Source: a virus (Duplodnaviria > Caudoviricetes). From it: a stretch of 64,000 bases of DNA. The notes under the pieces were generated by a model, which did no database searches, was not told the DNA's origin, and was given only the letters and a program-made list of their open reading frames with translations. The stretch covers positions 64,001 through 128,000 of the IMG/VR virus record IMGVR_UViG_3300028591_005215. One strand, written 5' to 3'. Of the stretch, positions 27,869 through 38,024 are shown in pieces. The translations under genes and the position numbers were made by a program. Within the stretch, counting starts at the first letter, position 1, and each line of letters opens with the position of its first letter.

Positions 27869-28833
27869 ATTTTATTTAAAAGTATATTTAAATTTTCTCG
27901 TAGTATAAAATTATTATCATATATCCCACAACATAAGTCACTTAATGCTATTTTCAAATCATTCATATTTATGACATAAAGTACTTTTATGTTATTTTTA
28001 ATACATTGTTTATTTTTATTAACATCAAGTTTTATTCTATCATTAAGTGTAATTTTTTTTTCAAATATTTCTATACTGTTAAAATGTTGAGCGCCTTGGC
28101 ATTCAATTGCTATGTTATATTCTGGTAAGAAGAAATCCAAAGATTGGAAGCCTAACCATTTAAAACGTTTTTGTTCTATGAAATTAAAGTTATTTTCAGT
28201 TAAAAATTCTCTAACTTCAGATTCCATCTTGCTACTGTTACATACAGGACAACCTTTTCCCCTATAATGATTATCTGGTGTTTGCAAAAAAATGCCATGC
28301 TGTGGGCATATTATTTCTATTTTTTCTTTATACCCTTTATATTTCATTAAAGAATAATCATACTTACCTTTATGGATTTTATTAAATCTTTCTATCCATT
28401 CTTTTTCAGTAATCATTTCTTCTTTGTTTCTTTTTAATCTTCCACATATAGGGCAGCCCTTACCTTGGTATAATGAATGTGGACTTGTTAAAAACTCCCC
28501 ATGTTCAGGACAAATAACTATGCTTTTAGATTTATTATTGGTGTATACAAATTTACTTAAATCGTATTTGCTATTGAATGTGTTGTTAACACGTTTGATA
28601 AATACATCTTTACTGTTTCTAATTTTATCATTTCTGCATTTAGGACATCCTGTATGCTCTAAAACTAAATGTTTAGGACGTGCATAAAAAGAACCATGTA
28701 TTGGACATATGACTTCAACTTTTTCATTTGCATTAACGTAATTAACTTTGCTGAAATCATAATCATACGGGTATGCTTTCATTTTATCCCAAAATATCTT
28801 TTCGTTACGTTGTCTAATTTCTTCTTTATTCAT
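27850..28833 (-). CDS. Putative homing endonuclease (Zn-ribbon repeats plus PD-D/ExK)
   Basis: Three CPxHG repeats; LDFFLPEYNIAIECQGAQHF. Confidence 0.75.
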   Translation of the reverse strand: MNKEEIRQRNEKIFWDKMKAYPYDYDFSKVNYVNANEKVEVICPIHGSFYARPKHLVLEHTGCPKCRNDKIRNSKDVFIKRVNNTFNSKYDLSKFVYTNNKSKSIVICPEHGEFLTSPHSLYQGKGCPICGRLKRNKEEMITEKEWIERFNKIHKGKYDYSLMKYKGYKEKIEIICPQHGIFLQTPDNHYRGKGCPVCNSSKMESEVREFLTENNFNFIEQKRFKWLGFQSLDFFLPEYNIAIECQGAQHFNSIEIFEKKITLNDRIKLDVNKNKQCIKNNIKVLYVINMNDLKIALSDLCCGIYDNNFILRENLNILLNKIKKEGD

Positions 28834-28896
28834 GTATCAAATATATCAATATTTTTTTTAATAACCAAATATTTATATGTAATAAAACGTTTTATA

Positions 28897-29853
28897 ATGA
28901 AAAATGACAATAAAAATAAATTGCTTGGAGAATGGGAAAAAGCTATGAAAGCATGGGCATCAGCTATGAAAAAAGGTGATACAGAAGTAGCTGATATTAT
29001 GCAACAGAGGGCTAATGAAGCATACAAGCAATATAAAGATGAAGCAGATTATGAAACATCTATAGCTAATTCTACGGCTGCTGAATTAGGGTCAATGTTT
29101 GAATCAGTTTTGCCAACATTATTTGTTAAGAATAAAAAGGCTGTTGGTGACATTTTAAAACTTATTAAAGAAGATTCTAACATTAAAGCTCAATTACAGT
29201 TTTTTGAAGCAATGAAGAATTATGATGGTAGTATAGATGCTAAAGAATATATTAACGAATCACTTAATTTAGCTTCAAAAAGCATTAATCCTAAAACATT
29301 GAAAGAATCTAATAAAAAATTAGGTGAACTTATGCTATCACATAATGTTAGACCTGATGAGTTAATATCAGAAAATAAAGAAAATTTTTTCAATGCAGGT
29401 ACTTATTTGCTTACACATAAGAAGAATTTAAATAATCTTTCTGAATTAGCAAAACAAAGGACAATTGTTGAAAACTATATTGTTGCAAATAAAAAAGAAA
29501 TTGATGAAAATAAAGTGAACATTAAAAAAATCACTGAAGATTTTGATAAGAAAATGGCAATGCTATCTGAAGAAGAAAAATCTTTAGTACAGGATATTAT
29601 TAATTCCAATTCATCAATTGCAGAAAAAAGGCAAATGAAATTTTTCAATGATTTGAAAGAAAAATGTCTTGATGTAATTAATAAGATGATTAATGAATCA
29701 TCTGAAGAAGAAAAACATGACTTGCAGTCTATTAAAGAAGAAATTTCTTCTATGGCATACTGCAAAGAATCAATAATTAAAGACACAGCAAAATTACTTG
29801 AAGTAGGTGCTGTATTGAGTGATAATGATAATAAAAAAATATATAAACACTAA
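28897..29853 (+). CDS. Helical head-module protein (hypothetical)
   Basis: Likely start MKNDNK at 28897 after ATATTTAT (28869); many (I/L)xE sites. Confidence 0.65.
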   Translation: MKNDNKNKLLGEWEKAMKAWASAMKKGDTEVADIMQQRANEAYKQYKDEADYETSIANSTAAELGSMFESVLPTLFVKNKKAVGDILKLIKEDSNIKAQLQFFEAMKNYDGSIDAKEYINESLNLASKSINPKTLKESNKKLGELMLSHNVRPDELISENKENFFNAGTYLLTHKKNLNNLSELAKQRTIVENYIVANKKEIDENKVNIKKITEDFDKKMAMLSEEEKSLVQDIINSNSSIAEKRQMKFFNDLKEKCLDVINKMINESSEEEKHDLQSIKEEISSMAYCKESIIKDTAKLLEVGAVLSDNDNKKIYKH

Positions 29854-29928
29854 TCAGTAATGGTTAGTGTTTTTTTTATTTGACACTTTCAAAAAGAAAA
29901 TTATATTTTATATATAATATAAAATATA

Positions 29929-30357
29929 ATGGAACGATTGAGTAAAGAATTTAAATTGAATATTTCAAACAACATATCAGTAAAATATGGTTCAGTGGAC
30001 AAAAATAACCCTAAAGTAATCTATATTGAAGGTAAGTGTTGGGTTTCCCCTTTATTTGAAGGTGATTATACAGCGCACATTGATAATATAAAAGCACAAT
30101 TTAGGAAAGGTGTTAGTAAATTACTCATCTCAAATGAAGTATACTCTTCAAAATTTATTTTAGATTTTGATGTTAACACTGAAAATATGAAAATTGATGA
30201 AAAAAAATTTTTATCATTTAATATTTTTTTAAGACAAAAATCTAATTCATTATACGCATTAAAAGACTCAAAATTATACGAACATTTCCCAACAATGGTT
30301 AATATGCTATACAATTTATTAAATGAAAATGAATTTAGGGTTACAAAACGTAAATAA
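29929..30357 (+). CDS. Hypothetical protein
   Basis: 142 aa ORF; TTGACA upstream. Confidence 0.7.
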   Translation: MERLSKEFKLNISNNISVKYGSVDKNNPKVIYIEGKCWVSPLFEGDYTAHIDNIKAQFRKGVSKLLISNEVYSSKFILDFDVNTENMKIDEKKFLSFNIFLRQKSNSLYALKDSKLYEHFPTMVNMLYNLLNENEFRVTKRK

Positions 30358-30386
30358 TAGATATTTATTACTAAAAATAAATTATC

Positions 30387-30707
30387 ATGAAGAAATTAAT
30401 TAGATTAACCGAAGGTGACTTACATAGAATTATAGAAAATAGCGTTAAGCACATTGTCAATGAAATTGGTGATAATAGAAAGAAAAGGATAAACGAAGCT
30501 GGTAATGATGATATTGAAAACGGCATTCGTGGTTATGAAGAATACAATGGTATGACTGATGATGAATATGATGATTATGCAAATTTCATAGGGAATCAGT
30601 ATGATGACGATGATATGCAGGATTATTTAAGCGATTTAGAAGCAGACCAATATATTGACGATGACGACCATATGCTTACTGACAATGAATTATATAATAA
30701 TTTCTAA
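30387..30707 (+). CDS. Small acidic protein with MKKLIRLTE leader
   Basis: MKKLIRLTEGDLHRIIENSVKHIVNE; ATATTTAT at 30361. Confidence 0.75.
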   Translation: MKKLIRLTEGDLHRIIENSVKHIVNEIGDNRKKRINEAGNDDIENGIRGYEEYNGMTDDEYDDYANFIGNQYDDDDMQDYLSDLEADQYIDDDDHMLTDNELYNNF

Positions 30708-30721
30708 AACAATTAAATGAA

Positions 30722-31447
30722 ATGAAAGCATTTATATTAGATTACATATGTAAATTGGAGGGATATAAAACTGCAATAAAATCATTGCACTGGAATAGTT
30801 CAAGCCTTGAACAACATAAACTATGCGATGATATAGCAGATAGAATATCTGAATTCCAAGACCAAGTTTCTGAAGTTGAACAATCTATCAGTGGTAAATT
30901 GCCTTTCAATAAGTTAAAAGGAATTAATTATAAAATTTCAAATTTAAAAAAGTTTGTTGAAGATGTTATATCTGAAACAAATAAATTCCATAAAAAAATA
31001 AAAACCCAAGGTGATAAATATGTTGGTATGGCAAGTGATTGCGAATCATTTTTAAGTGATATCCAACGACAATTATATCTAGTTAAATTTACCATGAAAG
31101 AAAATAAAAAAAGATTGCATTCACTAATCAGTGAGTCAATTAGAAAAAGTTTAAATGAACTTTCTTTAGATACTATTAAGTCAGCATCACAGGAAAGTTA
31201 TCCGTTAAATCATACTAATGGTAGCATATTGTATGATAAATATTATAATATAACTATTAGTGAATTATATGATATGTTATCACATTATGAATCCAAAGGC
31301 AATAGGCAAGCTTCTGAATACGTGTCATATTTAGATGAAATATTGTCATTTGTTGATAGGAAAACAAATCAAGCTGAAAATTTTGAATATACTGCCGAAG
31401 ACATGGAAAGTCAGTATGAAGACCAAATAAAAAAACAAGAAACTTAA
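30722..31447 (+). CDS. Ferritin/Dps-like domain protein with C-terminal extension
   Basis: LHWN...HKLCDD...D..E pattern typical of Dps-like folds; linker LISESIRKSLNE. Confidence 0.6.
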   Translation: MKAFILDYICKLEGYKTAIKSLHWNSSSLEQHKLCDDIADRISEFQDQVSEVEQSISGKLPFNKLKGINYKISNLKKFVEDVISETNKFHKKIKTQGDKYVGMASDCESFLSDIQRQLYLVKFTMKENKKRLHSLISESIRKSLNELSLDTIKSASQESYPLNHTNGSILYDKYYNITISELYDMLSHYESKGNRQASEYVSYLDEILSFVDRKTNQAENFEYTAEDMESQYEDQIKKQET

Positions 31448-31678
31448 ATAAGTTTCTTGTTTTTTTTTTTATATTATAATTTTAGAATGTTTTTTATTTG
31501 TTCTATTTTTTCATTTACTAATGTATTGTTTTCATTATAGATATTATAAATTTTCTTTTTTTAGACAGCATAATATCTTTTTCATTAATCAAATAAATTA
31601 ATTTTTTTGGCATAAAAAATGATATTTACTATTATAAGTTATAATAATAAATATCATTATTAGGTAATAGTTTTTATA

Positions 31679-32392
31679 CTATTCTTTTAATATTTCTTTA
31701 ATTTTTTGCACTTTTTCTGATATTAGTTCTTTTTTACCGTCCATTCGTATTTCTTTACCTTCAATCCAAGTTGATAAACCTTCTCTTCCACTAGTAGATA
31801 TATAAGCATTATTTGTACTAGGGTCTGAAACAATGTCCCAACATATAAGTTCAAAATCATCACCTACCATGTATGTTCCTAATTTATTTTCCACTGAACC
31901 TACACCTCTTGATGAAACACCTATTTTATAGCCATTAAGTAATAGATTAGCTGCCATATCTCCCATAGTTGAAACAATCCCTTCATTTACAAAGCCTTGT
32001 GTAATATTAAGTTCAATTTTACCTACAAGCGTTCTACCTTCCCAATGCAACTCAGTGATGTTATGTGATATTCTTCCAAGGTCTATTGTAGATTCAGCTG
32101 GGTGATTTAATTCTCCATATGCCCTATGCTCTGCTATCTTTTGTTGGTAAATCTCTACTTGCTTTTTCAACACGTCTTCAGGATATACTCTTCCGTTAGC
32201 ATTTTTAATATCAAATTTCTGAAATACAGCATCTACAACAAATGGATAAGGAACGTGCCATCCACCGTCTTCTATTCCTTCTTTGATTGTTCTGTTTTTC
32301 CCTTCGTTTAAAGAAATATACCCATCATTATCTATAATAAGTCCTTTACCTGTCTTACCTTTCTTTATTTCTATTAATTCATTTTTATTCAT
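31679..32392 (-). CDS. Prohead core protease (gp21-like)
   Basis: KNANGRVYP, GELNHP, ISHNI, GVSSRGVGS, DIVSDPS. Confidence 0.93.
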   Translation of the reverse strand: MNKNELIEIKKGKTGKGLIIDNDGYISLNEGKNRTIKEGIEDGGWHVPYPFVVDAVFQKFDIKNANGRVYPEDVLKKQVEIYQQKIAEHRAYGELNHPAESTIDLGRISHNITELHWEGRTLVGKIELNITQGFVNEGIVSTMGDMAANLLLNGYKIGVSSRGVGSVENKLGTYMVGDDFELICWDIVSDPSTNNAYISTSGREGLSTWIEGKEIRMDGKKELISEKVQKIKEILKE

Positions 32393-32670
32393 AATGCAAT
32401 ATTTATTACTATATAATAAATATGTTTTTATAGTGAAAATATCTTAGACAATTTTTGATAAAATAAATAAAGAATGACAAAATAACGCTGACTTGCTGAA
32501 TAGGCAATAGAACTTATTTAATTCACAAAAATGGTAAATAGTAGGGAATAATGAATAAAAATTAATATAATGTGCCATTTATTGTGTATTGTGGCATTCT
32601 TTTTTAATATTTTTTACTTTAATTATATATTTATATTTAAAATAACTTAAAAATTTATTTTTTCAAATAA

Positions 32671-34251
32671 ATGAAGAAAAATAACAAAATAAGAAGCAAA
32701 GTTGTAAAGGAATCTTTATTAGACTACAACAATCTTGCTAATACATTGAAAGAGAACACCACTGCTGCTGTAAGGGATTTACTTTCTGAAGCAGTACGTG
32801 ATACATACTCTAAAATCCTTATGGAAGATGACGAAAAGGATTATGATGTAGAAGAAGTGGATGATACAGATTCTGAAACAGATGCAGACGAAGACGTAAC
32901 AGCTGATGATTCAGCTGACGCAGAAGGTTCTGACGATGTTACTGACGATGCTGAAGCCACTGAAGATATTGATACTGACAATGATGGTGAAGTTGATGAC
33001 GCTGAATCAGAAGAAGGTGTTGATGATGAAGGTGCTTTAACAGGTGAAACAAGTGCATCTGGTGAGAACGAAGACGGTGATGAATGGTCTGAGTTTGACA
33101 AATATAAGGTTTCAGATGATGAGTATGACTTCTCAAATGCGGAAGACGATGAAATCGTAAAAGTTTACAAGTTATTGAATAATGATGACCAAGTTATTGT
33201 TAATAAAACTGATGATAATAAAGTTAGCATTAAAGATAACGAAGCAGGTACAGAATACCTTGTTGACTTAGGTTGTGAATCTGAAGGATTTGCTGATGAT
33301 GACACTGAAGATTTCGGTGATGAAGATGGGCTTGAAGAAGGAAATGATTTCAGTGCCGATGACGATGCAGATTTAGAAGATGAAGATGACTTTGATAACG
33401 AAGAAGATGATATGAATGAATCTAGAATTTATGAAATAGCTCTTGATGAATATGATTCACATGTTGGCTATACTGACAATTATCAGAGTAAGAGTCCATT
33501 AGACACAAAAGGCTTGAAGGTCGCAGATGACAAAGACAAGAACGATTGGGGTTCTAAAGGCTTGAAAGATAGAGGGGATTCTAAACCTTGGTCAGGAAAG
33601 AAAAATAATGCAAGTGAAAATCAGCCATTTACAGGTGCTAAAGGTAAAACCGTTGAAGAGGAAGATGAAATCGAAGGCGGTGATGCAAACGCTAATATCG
33701 CAGAAAGTGCTGGCGAAATGGGTGCACGAAGAGGTGCTAAAGCAAGAATGGTAGGAACTAAGTTCCATAGAACAAATTCAAGTGGTAATAAGCATCCTTA
33801 TGGTCAACATCACGTATCTACAGCTGGTGAATATGAAGGTGATGACAATGGTGCAGCTACAAACGAATCAATCATTCGCAAAGCTAACAAGATTTTCGCT
33901 GAAAACAAAGAACTTAAACAAGCTTTAGGCAAGTTTAAGAATGTTCTTGAAGAAGCTGCTGTTACTAACCTTAATTTAGGTCAAATCATTAAATTGATTT
34001 CTGAAAACACAACAACACAGAATGAAAAGAAAGAAATCATTGCAAGATTTGGCAAGGAAGCTAAAACAGTAGAGCAGTCAAAGAATTTGTATGAATCTAT
34101 TTCAAGAGATTTGAAGAAAAAAGATACTATGAATCTTGATGAAAGTAGGCAATATAATGTCGAAGGTTCAAAACAAATTAACGAAACACAAATCTATCAA
34201 TCAAAGGATTTAATTGATTCACTTGATTTAATGCATAGACTTTGTAAGTAA
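32671..34251 (+). CDS. Prohead scaffold (gp22-like position), acidic
   Basis: D/E-rich N-half, helical C-terminus, directly upstream of the MCP gene. Confidence 0.7.
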   Translation: MKKNNKIRSKVVKESLLDYNNLANTLKENTTAAVRDLLSEAVRDTYSKILMEDDEKDYDVEEVDDTDSETDADEDVTADDSADAEGSDDVTDDAEATEDIDTDNDGEVDDAESEEGVDDEGALTGETSASGENEDGDEWSEFDKYKVSDDEYDFSNAEDDEIVKVYKLLNNDDQVIVNKTDDNKVSIKDNEAGTEYLVDLGCESEGFADDDTEDFGDEDGLEEGNDFSADDDADLEDEDDFDNEEDDMNESRIYEIALDEYDSHVGYTDNYQSKSPLDTKGLKVADDKDKNDWGSKGLKDRGDSKPWSGKKNNASENQPFTGAKGKTVEEEDEIEGGDANANIAESAGEMGARRGAKARMVGTKFHRTNSSGNKHPYGQHHVSTAGEYEGDDNGAATNESIIRKANKIFAENKELKQALGKFKNVLEEAAVTNLNLGQIIKLISENTTTQNEKKEIIARFGKEAKTVEQSKNLYESISRDLKKKDTMNLDESRQYNVEGSKQINETQIYQSKDLIDSLDLMHRLCK

Positions 34252-34300
34252 TTAAAAAAAAAATAAATTAAAATTTTTATTAATAAAAATCTTTTTATAA

Positions 34301-36283
34301 ATGAGAGAATTTTTAACTAGCGGTCAAGTTGGTAATATCGAATTGAACGCACAAAAGAAAATACGTGAAGACATCCAGAATCGTTGGGACCAGTTAGGCT
34401 TTACTGAAGGCCTTGATGGCACAATTAAAGAAAATGTCGCTACGTTGTATGAAAACGAAGCAAAGCACTTGATTTATGAGGCCACTGCTTCTGATAACTC
34501 TGGTTCATTTGAAACTGTAGTTTTCCCTATTATCCGTAGGGTATTCAGCAAGTTGCTTGCTAATGATATCGTTTCAGTTCAGGCTATGAACTTGCCAGTA
34601 GGTAAATTGTTCTTCATTCTTCCTGTAACAAGTGAAAGAGAATGGGAAGTTCCTGCTGCTGGTGCTGCTGATGCAGCTGCTGGTGACATTGTAGATGGTA
34701 CTACAGGTCGTCACAAAGGTTTGATGGGTTATGACCGTACAAACCGTAACAAGGAAGGTCGTGTTGAGCCACGTTACTATCTTCCTGATGAAACTATCAA
34801 AGATTTGGATAAAGAAAAGTGGTATGTTCCTCAGTTGAATCAGACACCAGAAGATGCTACTACTTACGAAGCAGCATTGGAAGCAGCTAAGGCTGAAGGT
34901 CTTGGCGTAACCGCATTGCGTCAGGCAGGTCCTGAAGTTACTCAGTATTTCGAAAAGAGCTTGTATGACTTGTTCTACAATGATTTCTTGTATGATAACT
35001 CTAAGGGTAAGGTAACTATCAAGGTTGGTGAAGCTAAACTTGCTAAACTTACTCCACGTGGTATGGAAGATTTCGTAGATGGCGATTCTGTACAGGTTAA
35101 CGGTTTCGATGGTACTGTTCGTAACGTAATTCTTAAAGTTGGTGGTTTCTCAAGCTTCAACGCTTCTAAATTGACAGGTCCTGATGGCAACGAAATGGAC
35201 ACTGAAGGTTTCTTAGCTTCTTTGAAAGTTATCACTACACAGGCTATTGCAGCTGGTGAAGTTGAAGGTGCAAGTGGTGTTACTACTGCTTCTTTCAAGA
35301 AATACGAATCAGTTCCTTTCCGTGTTGCTACACAGAAATATGGTAAAGGTATCGTAGAATATGGTTCAGCTTGTGATGCTGAAGGTTATATGTACATCGA
35401 ACTTGATTTGGCTAAACCAGTAGTTCAGCAAGCAGGTACAATTGATGGTTATGTTGGTGTTAACCCATCAGCAATAGCAGACGCTTCAATGTTTAAAGTG
35501 GCTTGGGCTCAGTATGATTCACTTGAATTGGAAACTGAAATTGGTGAAGTTTCTTTCAAACTTGATTCAGTAACTGTATCAGTAGAAGAAAGAAAACTAC
35601 GTGCTACTTGGTCACCTGAATTGGCTCAGGATGTTAGTGCATTCCACAACATCGATGCTGAAGCTGAATTGACAGCTATTCTTTCTGAACAGATTGCAGC
35701 TGAAATTGACCGTGAAATTCTTCGTGACTTGCGTAAGGGTGCACCTTGGCAGGCTCGTTGGGATGTAAATGGTTGGAGACGTATGGCAGCATTCTCAACT
35801 AACTACACTCAGAAAGATTGGAATCAGGAATTGTTCACAAAGATTAATCAGATTTCTGCTCAGATTCATAAGGCTACACTACGTGGTGGTGCAAACTTCA
35901 TTGTAGTTTCTTCTGAAATTTCTGCATTGTTCGATAACTTGGAATACTTCCACGTTTCTGATGCAAGCGCTGAATCAGACCAGTACAATATGGGTATCGA
36001 AAAGATTGGTTCTTTGAACGGTCGTTATCAAGTATATCGTGACCCATATTCTCCACATTGGTCAATCATTATTGGTCACAAGGGTAAGTCACTTCTTGAT
36101 ACAGGCTACATCTATGCACCATATGTACCAATGCAGTTGACCCCTACAATCTACAACCCATTCAACTTTGCACCTGTTAAGGGTATTATGACTCGTTATG
36201 CTAAGAAGATGGTTAACAACCGTTACTACGGTCATGTACGTGTTGATGGTCTTGTACATTGGGATATTTCTGAATTGAGATAA
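34301..36283 (+). CDS. Major capsid protein (gp23-like) with large insertion
   Basis: IIRRVF...VSVQAM..P.G; RKLRATWSPELAQD; EIDREI; GYIYAPYVP; KGIMTRYAK; strongly biased codons. Confidence 0.96.
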   Translation: MREFLTSGQVGNIELNAQKKIREDIQNRWDQLGFTEGLDGTIKENVATLYENEAKHLIYEATASDNSGSFETVVFPIIRRVFSKLLANDIVSVQAMNLPVGKLFFILPVTSEREWEVPAAGAADAAAGDIVDGTTGRHKGLMGYDRTNRNKEGRVEPRYYLPDETIKDLDKEKWYVPQLNQTPEDATTYEAALEAAKAEGLGVTALRQAGPEVTQYFEKSLYDLFYNDFLYDNSKGKVTIKVGEAKLAKLTPRGMEDFVDGDSVQVNGFDGTVRNVILKVGGFSSFNASKLTGPDGNEMDTEGFLASLKVITTQAIAAGEVEGASGVTTASFKKYESVPFRVATQKYGKGIVEYGSACDAEGYMYIELDLAKPVVQQAGTIDGYVGVNPSAIADASMFKVAWAQYDSLELETEIGEVSFKLDSVTVSVEERKLRATWSPELAQDVSAFHNIDAEAELTAILSEQIAAEIDREILRDLRKGAPWQARWDVNGWRRMAAFSTNYTQKDWNQELFTKINQISAQIHKATLRGGANFIVVSSEISALFDNLEYFHVSDASAESDQYNMGIEKIGSLNGRYQVYRDPYSPHWSIIIGHKGKSLLDTGYIYAPYVPMQLTPTIYNPFNFAPVKGIMTRYAKKMVNNRYYGHVRVDGLVHWDISELR

Positions 36284-36309
36284 TAATCTATTTAGATTAT
36301 GCTTTATAT

Positions 36310-36344
36310 AAAAGAAGGGTTCTTAATTGAGCTCTTCTTTTTTT
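36310..36344 (+). terminator. Intrinsic terminator after the MCP gene
   Basis: AAAGAAGGGTTC...GAGCTCTTCTTTTTTT. Confidence 0.75.
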
Positions 36345-36402
36345 GTTTTTTTTATTATTTTATTATATATTTGTTCAAATATATGCTAAAAAAAAACAAT
36401 AA

Positions 36403-37914
36403 ATGCCAAAAAAAAGAATAACCTGTACTAAAGATTTTATAGAAAAAGCTAAAGAAATACATAATGATTTTTATGACTATTCCAAAGCAATTTTCAATAA
36501 AAGTAGTGAACCAATAACTATAATTTGCCCAATACATGGTGAATTTTTGCAAACACCAGAAAAGCATTTAAAAGGAAGGGGTTGTCCTAAATGTGGTGTA
36601 ATTAAACGAGCTAAAAAACGAACATATACCACTGAAACATTTATAGAAAAAGCTAAAGAAATACATAATGATTTTTATGATTATTCTAAAACAGAATATT
36701 TAAAAAGTAAAGAAAAAGTAATTGTTACCTGCCCACTGCATGGCGATTTCTTAATAAGCCCAAATAAGCATTTATGCGGGGAAGGATGCAATGAATGTAA
36801 AAAAGATAAAATACACAAATCTTTAACAAAAGATAATAGTCTTTTTAAAGAACAGTCATTTTCAGTTCATAATGGTAAATATGATTACAGTAAATCAATA
36901 TATAAAGGTGCTAAAGAATATATTAGTATAATATGTCATGAAAAGGATGAGAAGGGGAAAGAACATGGTGAATTTTTAATGACACCAGATGCCCATTTAA
37001 ATCAAAAACAAGGATGCCCTAAATGCGCTAAAATAGAATCACAAGCTGAAAATGAAATATATGAATTTGTTTGCAATATTATTGGTAAAGAAAACATACG
37101 TAAAAATGATAGAATTATTTTAAAAGGACTTGAATTAGACATTTATATACCATCTCTTCAAATAGCAATAGAATATAATGGTATTAGGTGGCATTCTGAA
37201 ATGTATAAAGATGATAAATTTTATCATTTAAATAAATTAAATAAATGCAACGAGCATGGTATTGCTCTTATTAATATATTTGAAGATGAATATATTAATA
37301 ATAAAAATTTAGTTCTTCAAAAGATAAAGCACATTTTGAAATGCGAAACTGACTTACCGAAAATAATGGCAAGAAAATGTGCTATAAGGGAAATTGATAA
37401 AGAATCAGCTGAAATATTTCTTAATAAAAATCATATACAAGGGTTTGTTAATTCCACTATTTATCTTGGCTGTTTTTATAATAATTTACTTGTAGGTGTA
37501 ATGACATTTTTAAAAGAAAAAGAAAGACAATGGAATTTAACAAGATTTGCTTCCATCAATAATTATATTTGCAATGGTGTTGGTGGCAAGTTATTTAAAT
37601 ATTTTGTAAGAACTTATAACCCATTAAATGTAAAATCATTTGCAGATAGAAGATGGACTTTAAGAAAAGAAAACAATATATATGTTCAATTAGGCTTTAA
37701 ATTAGATGATATTTTACCACCTGACTATAGATATTACTACCCTAAAGAATTTGGCATTAATAGAATGCACAAATTTGGTTTTAGGAAACAAATATTAAAT
37801 AAAAAATATGGTTTGCCACTTACTATGTCTGAAAGCGAAATGTGTCATGCGATAGGTGCTTATCGAATATATGATTGTGGGTTATTTAAATATGTATGGA
37901 AAAAAATAGAATGA
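36403..37914 (+). CDS. Hef-like putative homing endonuclease (Zn repeats, PD-D/ExK, C-terminal GNAT-like domain)
   Basis: CPxHG repeats; ELDIYIP..IAIEYNG..WH; ARKC..NHIQG..LTRFA..GKLF..SFADRRW..LGF. Confidence 0.75.
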   Translation: MPKKRITCTKDFIEKAKEIHNDFYDYSKAIFNKSSEPITIICPIHGEFLQTPEKHLKGRGCPKCGVIKRAKKRTYTTETFIEKAKEIHNDFYDYSKTEYLKSKEKVIVTCPLHGDFLISPNKHLCGEGCNECKKDKIHKSLTKDNSLFKEQSFSVHNGKYDYSKSIYKGAKEYISIICHEKDEKGKEHGEFLMTPDAHLNQKQGCPKCAKIESQAENEIYEFVCNIIGKENIRKNDRIILKGLELDIYIPSLQIAIEYNGIRWHSEMYKDDKFYHLNKLNKCNEHGIALINIFEDEYINNKNLVLQKIKHILKCETDLPKIMARKCAIREIDKESAEIFLNKNHIQGFVNSTIYLGCFYNNLLVGVMTFLKEKERQWNLTRFASINNYICNGVGGKLFKYFVRTYNPLNVKSFADRRWTLRKENNIYVQLGFKLDDILPPDYRYYYPKEFGINRMHKFGFRKQILNKKYGLPLTMSESEMCHAIGAYRIYDCGLFKYVWKKIE

Positions 37915-37949
37915 AAGAGGGGCTCTTAATTGAGTCCCTCTTTTTTTTT
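37914..37949 (+). terminator. Intrinsic terminator
   Basis: AAAGAGGGGCTC...GAGTCCCTCTTTTTTT. Confidence 0.75.
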
Positions 37950-38024
37950 ATTTTTTTTTATTTCATTTACGATTTTCGCTAAATATTTATATAAAAATAA
38001 GCATTTAAAAATTAGCATAATATT

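Noticed and set aside
28669-28896. N-terminal extension of ORF 28669
   Set aside because: Overlaps the opposite-strand endonuclease; a better start at 28897 follows the late motif
31450-31678. Long AT-rich intergenic gap as a replication origin
   Set aside because: No iterons or other distinctive structure beyond a terminator; insufficient evidence
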